Assembly (NCBI RefSeq): GCF_009914755.1
Contig: NC_060934.1
Strand: one strand, 5' to 3'
Length of the DNA stretch: 64,000 bases
From: the human T2T-CHM13v2.0 reference genome, Homo sapiens
This document shows, piece by piece, positions 61,761-64,000 of the stretch. The notes under the pieces were generated by a model. The model was given only the letters and a program-made list of their open reading frames with translations. It did not search any database and was not told the origin of the DNA. How positions within the stretch are numbered: position 1 is the first letter of the stretch; the number at the start of each line of letters is the position of its first letter. The translations under genes and the position numbers were made by a program.

Positions 61761-62775
61761 GAACTTACATCTTTCTAATGCAAGAGAGCTCTCTTCATCT
61801 AGCTGCTGTAGGCAGCTTCACACCTATTGCCCTATAGGGTCCCGAAGAGATGGCTTTCACCCCAGCTTCAGTTAGAAAAATCCTTCCACAGGACCCAGCT
61901 GGAGTCATAAGCTCATCTTTCTAGTAAGAGGGATAAGGCTGTGGCTGTCTAGCTGCAGTCACATGCCGTCACCTGCAGAGTTCTTTGATCACCCCTTTCC
62001 CCTTTGTGGGGTACTTTCCCCAGAGAGCTCAATACTTAGCTATTTTATTTAGAAAAAGAATTTCTGATCTTGAGTGAGAGGTGTCAAGAAGAGAGAATTG
62101 GAAGGGGATGCATTAGGCATTTCTGGAGAAAACCATAAGGATAGAGACCTATAATAAGGACACAGCTAAAGTAGGGCATTGTGAGTTGTATGAGGGCACC
62201 GAAAGCTTAGGGCTGGGAGAGAGTTCTAGGAGGTGGGAGAAGAATTCACAAAGGAAGGGGAAAAGATGGACTTCCGGTGCTTTGTAAATCCACCCAGGCT
62301 TGGTGGCAGTCACTGCTATTTATAGATGAAAAGGCATCCCTGTGCTTTCAAGTGTCAACAAGAGAAAAGAAAATAAACCTGAGACGTGGGTCAGAGAGAC
62401 CTGAATTGTCAGTTCTGCTCAGTTTGCTAAGACAACTTCTCTGAGCCTCAATTTCCTCATTTATAAAATAAGGACAAAAATATCATTCTTGATACTAAGT
62501 GCCCAAAGCAAGGTGCACAACTATGTATAGTGTGGTCCCATTTGCCTTGTTTAGGAAAAGTAGCATATTACTCAAGTATCACTCTATATACACGAAGCGA
62601 AGCGGTAGCCGTGGTTATTTCAGGAGAGGAAGCATTGGAGTGGTATGAGACTTCACATTCCACTGTATAGTCCTCTGGCCTTTTTAGAATTAAGTGCTAG
62701 GTATGTGTTTTAACTATTCTAATGAATTCATTAATTGCATAAGAATATCTCTCTCCCAGAGTTGTTGCAAAGAAA

Positions 62776-63065
62776 ACGCCTGTAATCCCAGCACTTTGGG
62801 AGGATGAGGTGGGTGGATTGCTTGAGGTCAGGAGTTCAAGACTAGCCTGACCAACATGGTGAAACCCCGTCTCTACTAAAAGTACAAAAGTTAGCCAGGC
62901 GTGGTGGTGCAGGCCTGTAATTGTAGCTACTCAGGAGGCTGAGGCAGGAGAATCCCTTGAACCCAGGAGGCGGAGTTTGCAGTGAGCTGCCATCTCACCA
63001 CTGCACTCCAATCCAGCCTGGGCGACAGAGGGAGATTCCGTCTCTAAATAAATAAAAAAATAAAA
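62776..63065 (+). mobile_element. AluS, slightly 5'-truncated
   Basis: Begins acgcctgtaatcccagc; A-rich tail. Confidence 0.93.
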
Positions 63066-63718
63066 TATATTGTGGGTCTAAAGATATAACACATTCTGTG
63101 CAAAGGTGTTCTGAACAAACAGTGACCCAGGGACCTATCTCATATTTTTGTTGTTCTTCTAAATATATATTTTATTTACTATAAAATGTTTACTTTTTTT
63201 CCGAAAAAGATACTATAAATTATTCAAAGCCCAGTACATTTCACCATTGCTTTCCACAGGTAAAATAGGTTTCTTGGATCACTATCAAAGTTTTTAAAAA
63301 GCAAGCCTGAGAGCCCAGAAAAGCACAATTCAGTAAAATCAAACACTCATCCAAGAGACTTATTTGTTCCAAAAGCTAAATATGGAAAATTGGATGTCCA
63401 AATGGAATACCAAAGGTTGTCATTTGGGGATTAAGAAATAGTACTGTTGTGATTAGGAAATTGCACAGAAATTAGATCTCTCTTCTTCTGTACCCTACAA
63501 GAGTAGGAGGTGAGAAATTAAGATCTGGAGGCATTTTTGATCTAGAGTCACATGAATAGCACAGGAACTGTTATTTAAAGCCAAAATATTCTGATAATTA
63601 AGAAAATCCTTGATGAATAAAATGCCTCATTTCAGATCTCTTCCTTTTAGACGTTGTCACTTCCGTTCCTTCATATTTGGCCATGGAAATGATAATCCCT
63701 CAGAAGAATTTTCGATGA

Positions 63719-64000
<282 letters not shown>

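Overview
Primate, almost certainly human, genomic DNA holding the 5' end of ST8SIA6 (alpha-2,8-sialyltransferase VI) on the minus strand. A CpG-island promoter (~49.7-51.2 kb) contains coding exon 1 (50691-50591) and exon 2 (50093-49995); positions 1-49994 are the start of the very large intron 2, and 51.2-64 kb is upstream DNA. Near 4.4-7 kb are plus-strand exon signals that I assign to the 3' end of the antisense lncRNA ST8SIA6-AS1 (APAL); the name rests on recalled locus layout. The rest is mostly interspersed repeats: about 38 Alus, L1/L2/MIR fragments, many ERV1/MaLR/ERVL LTRs, hAT MITEs and microsatellites. I see no prokaryotic-type system. Best leads: (1) a splice-versus-polyadenylation choice in the antisense exon that gives either a 64-aa or a 140-aa ORF from a strong Kozak ATG; (2) a 153-bp inverted, locally templated insertion inside an Alu; (3) a chimeric AluYa5 upstream of the promoter; (4) a probable ancient CR1/L3 reverse-transcriptase fossil; (5) an ERV1 > THE1 > L1PA nest with intact TSDs and a tRNA-Leu PBS. 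Repeat subfamily names come from remembered consensus sequences and need Dfam/RepeatMasker confirmation; repeat boundaries without a stated TSD are approximate.
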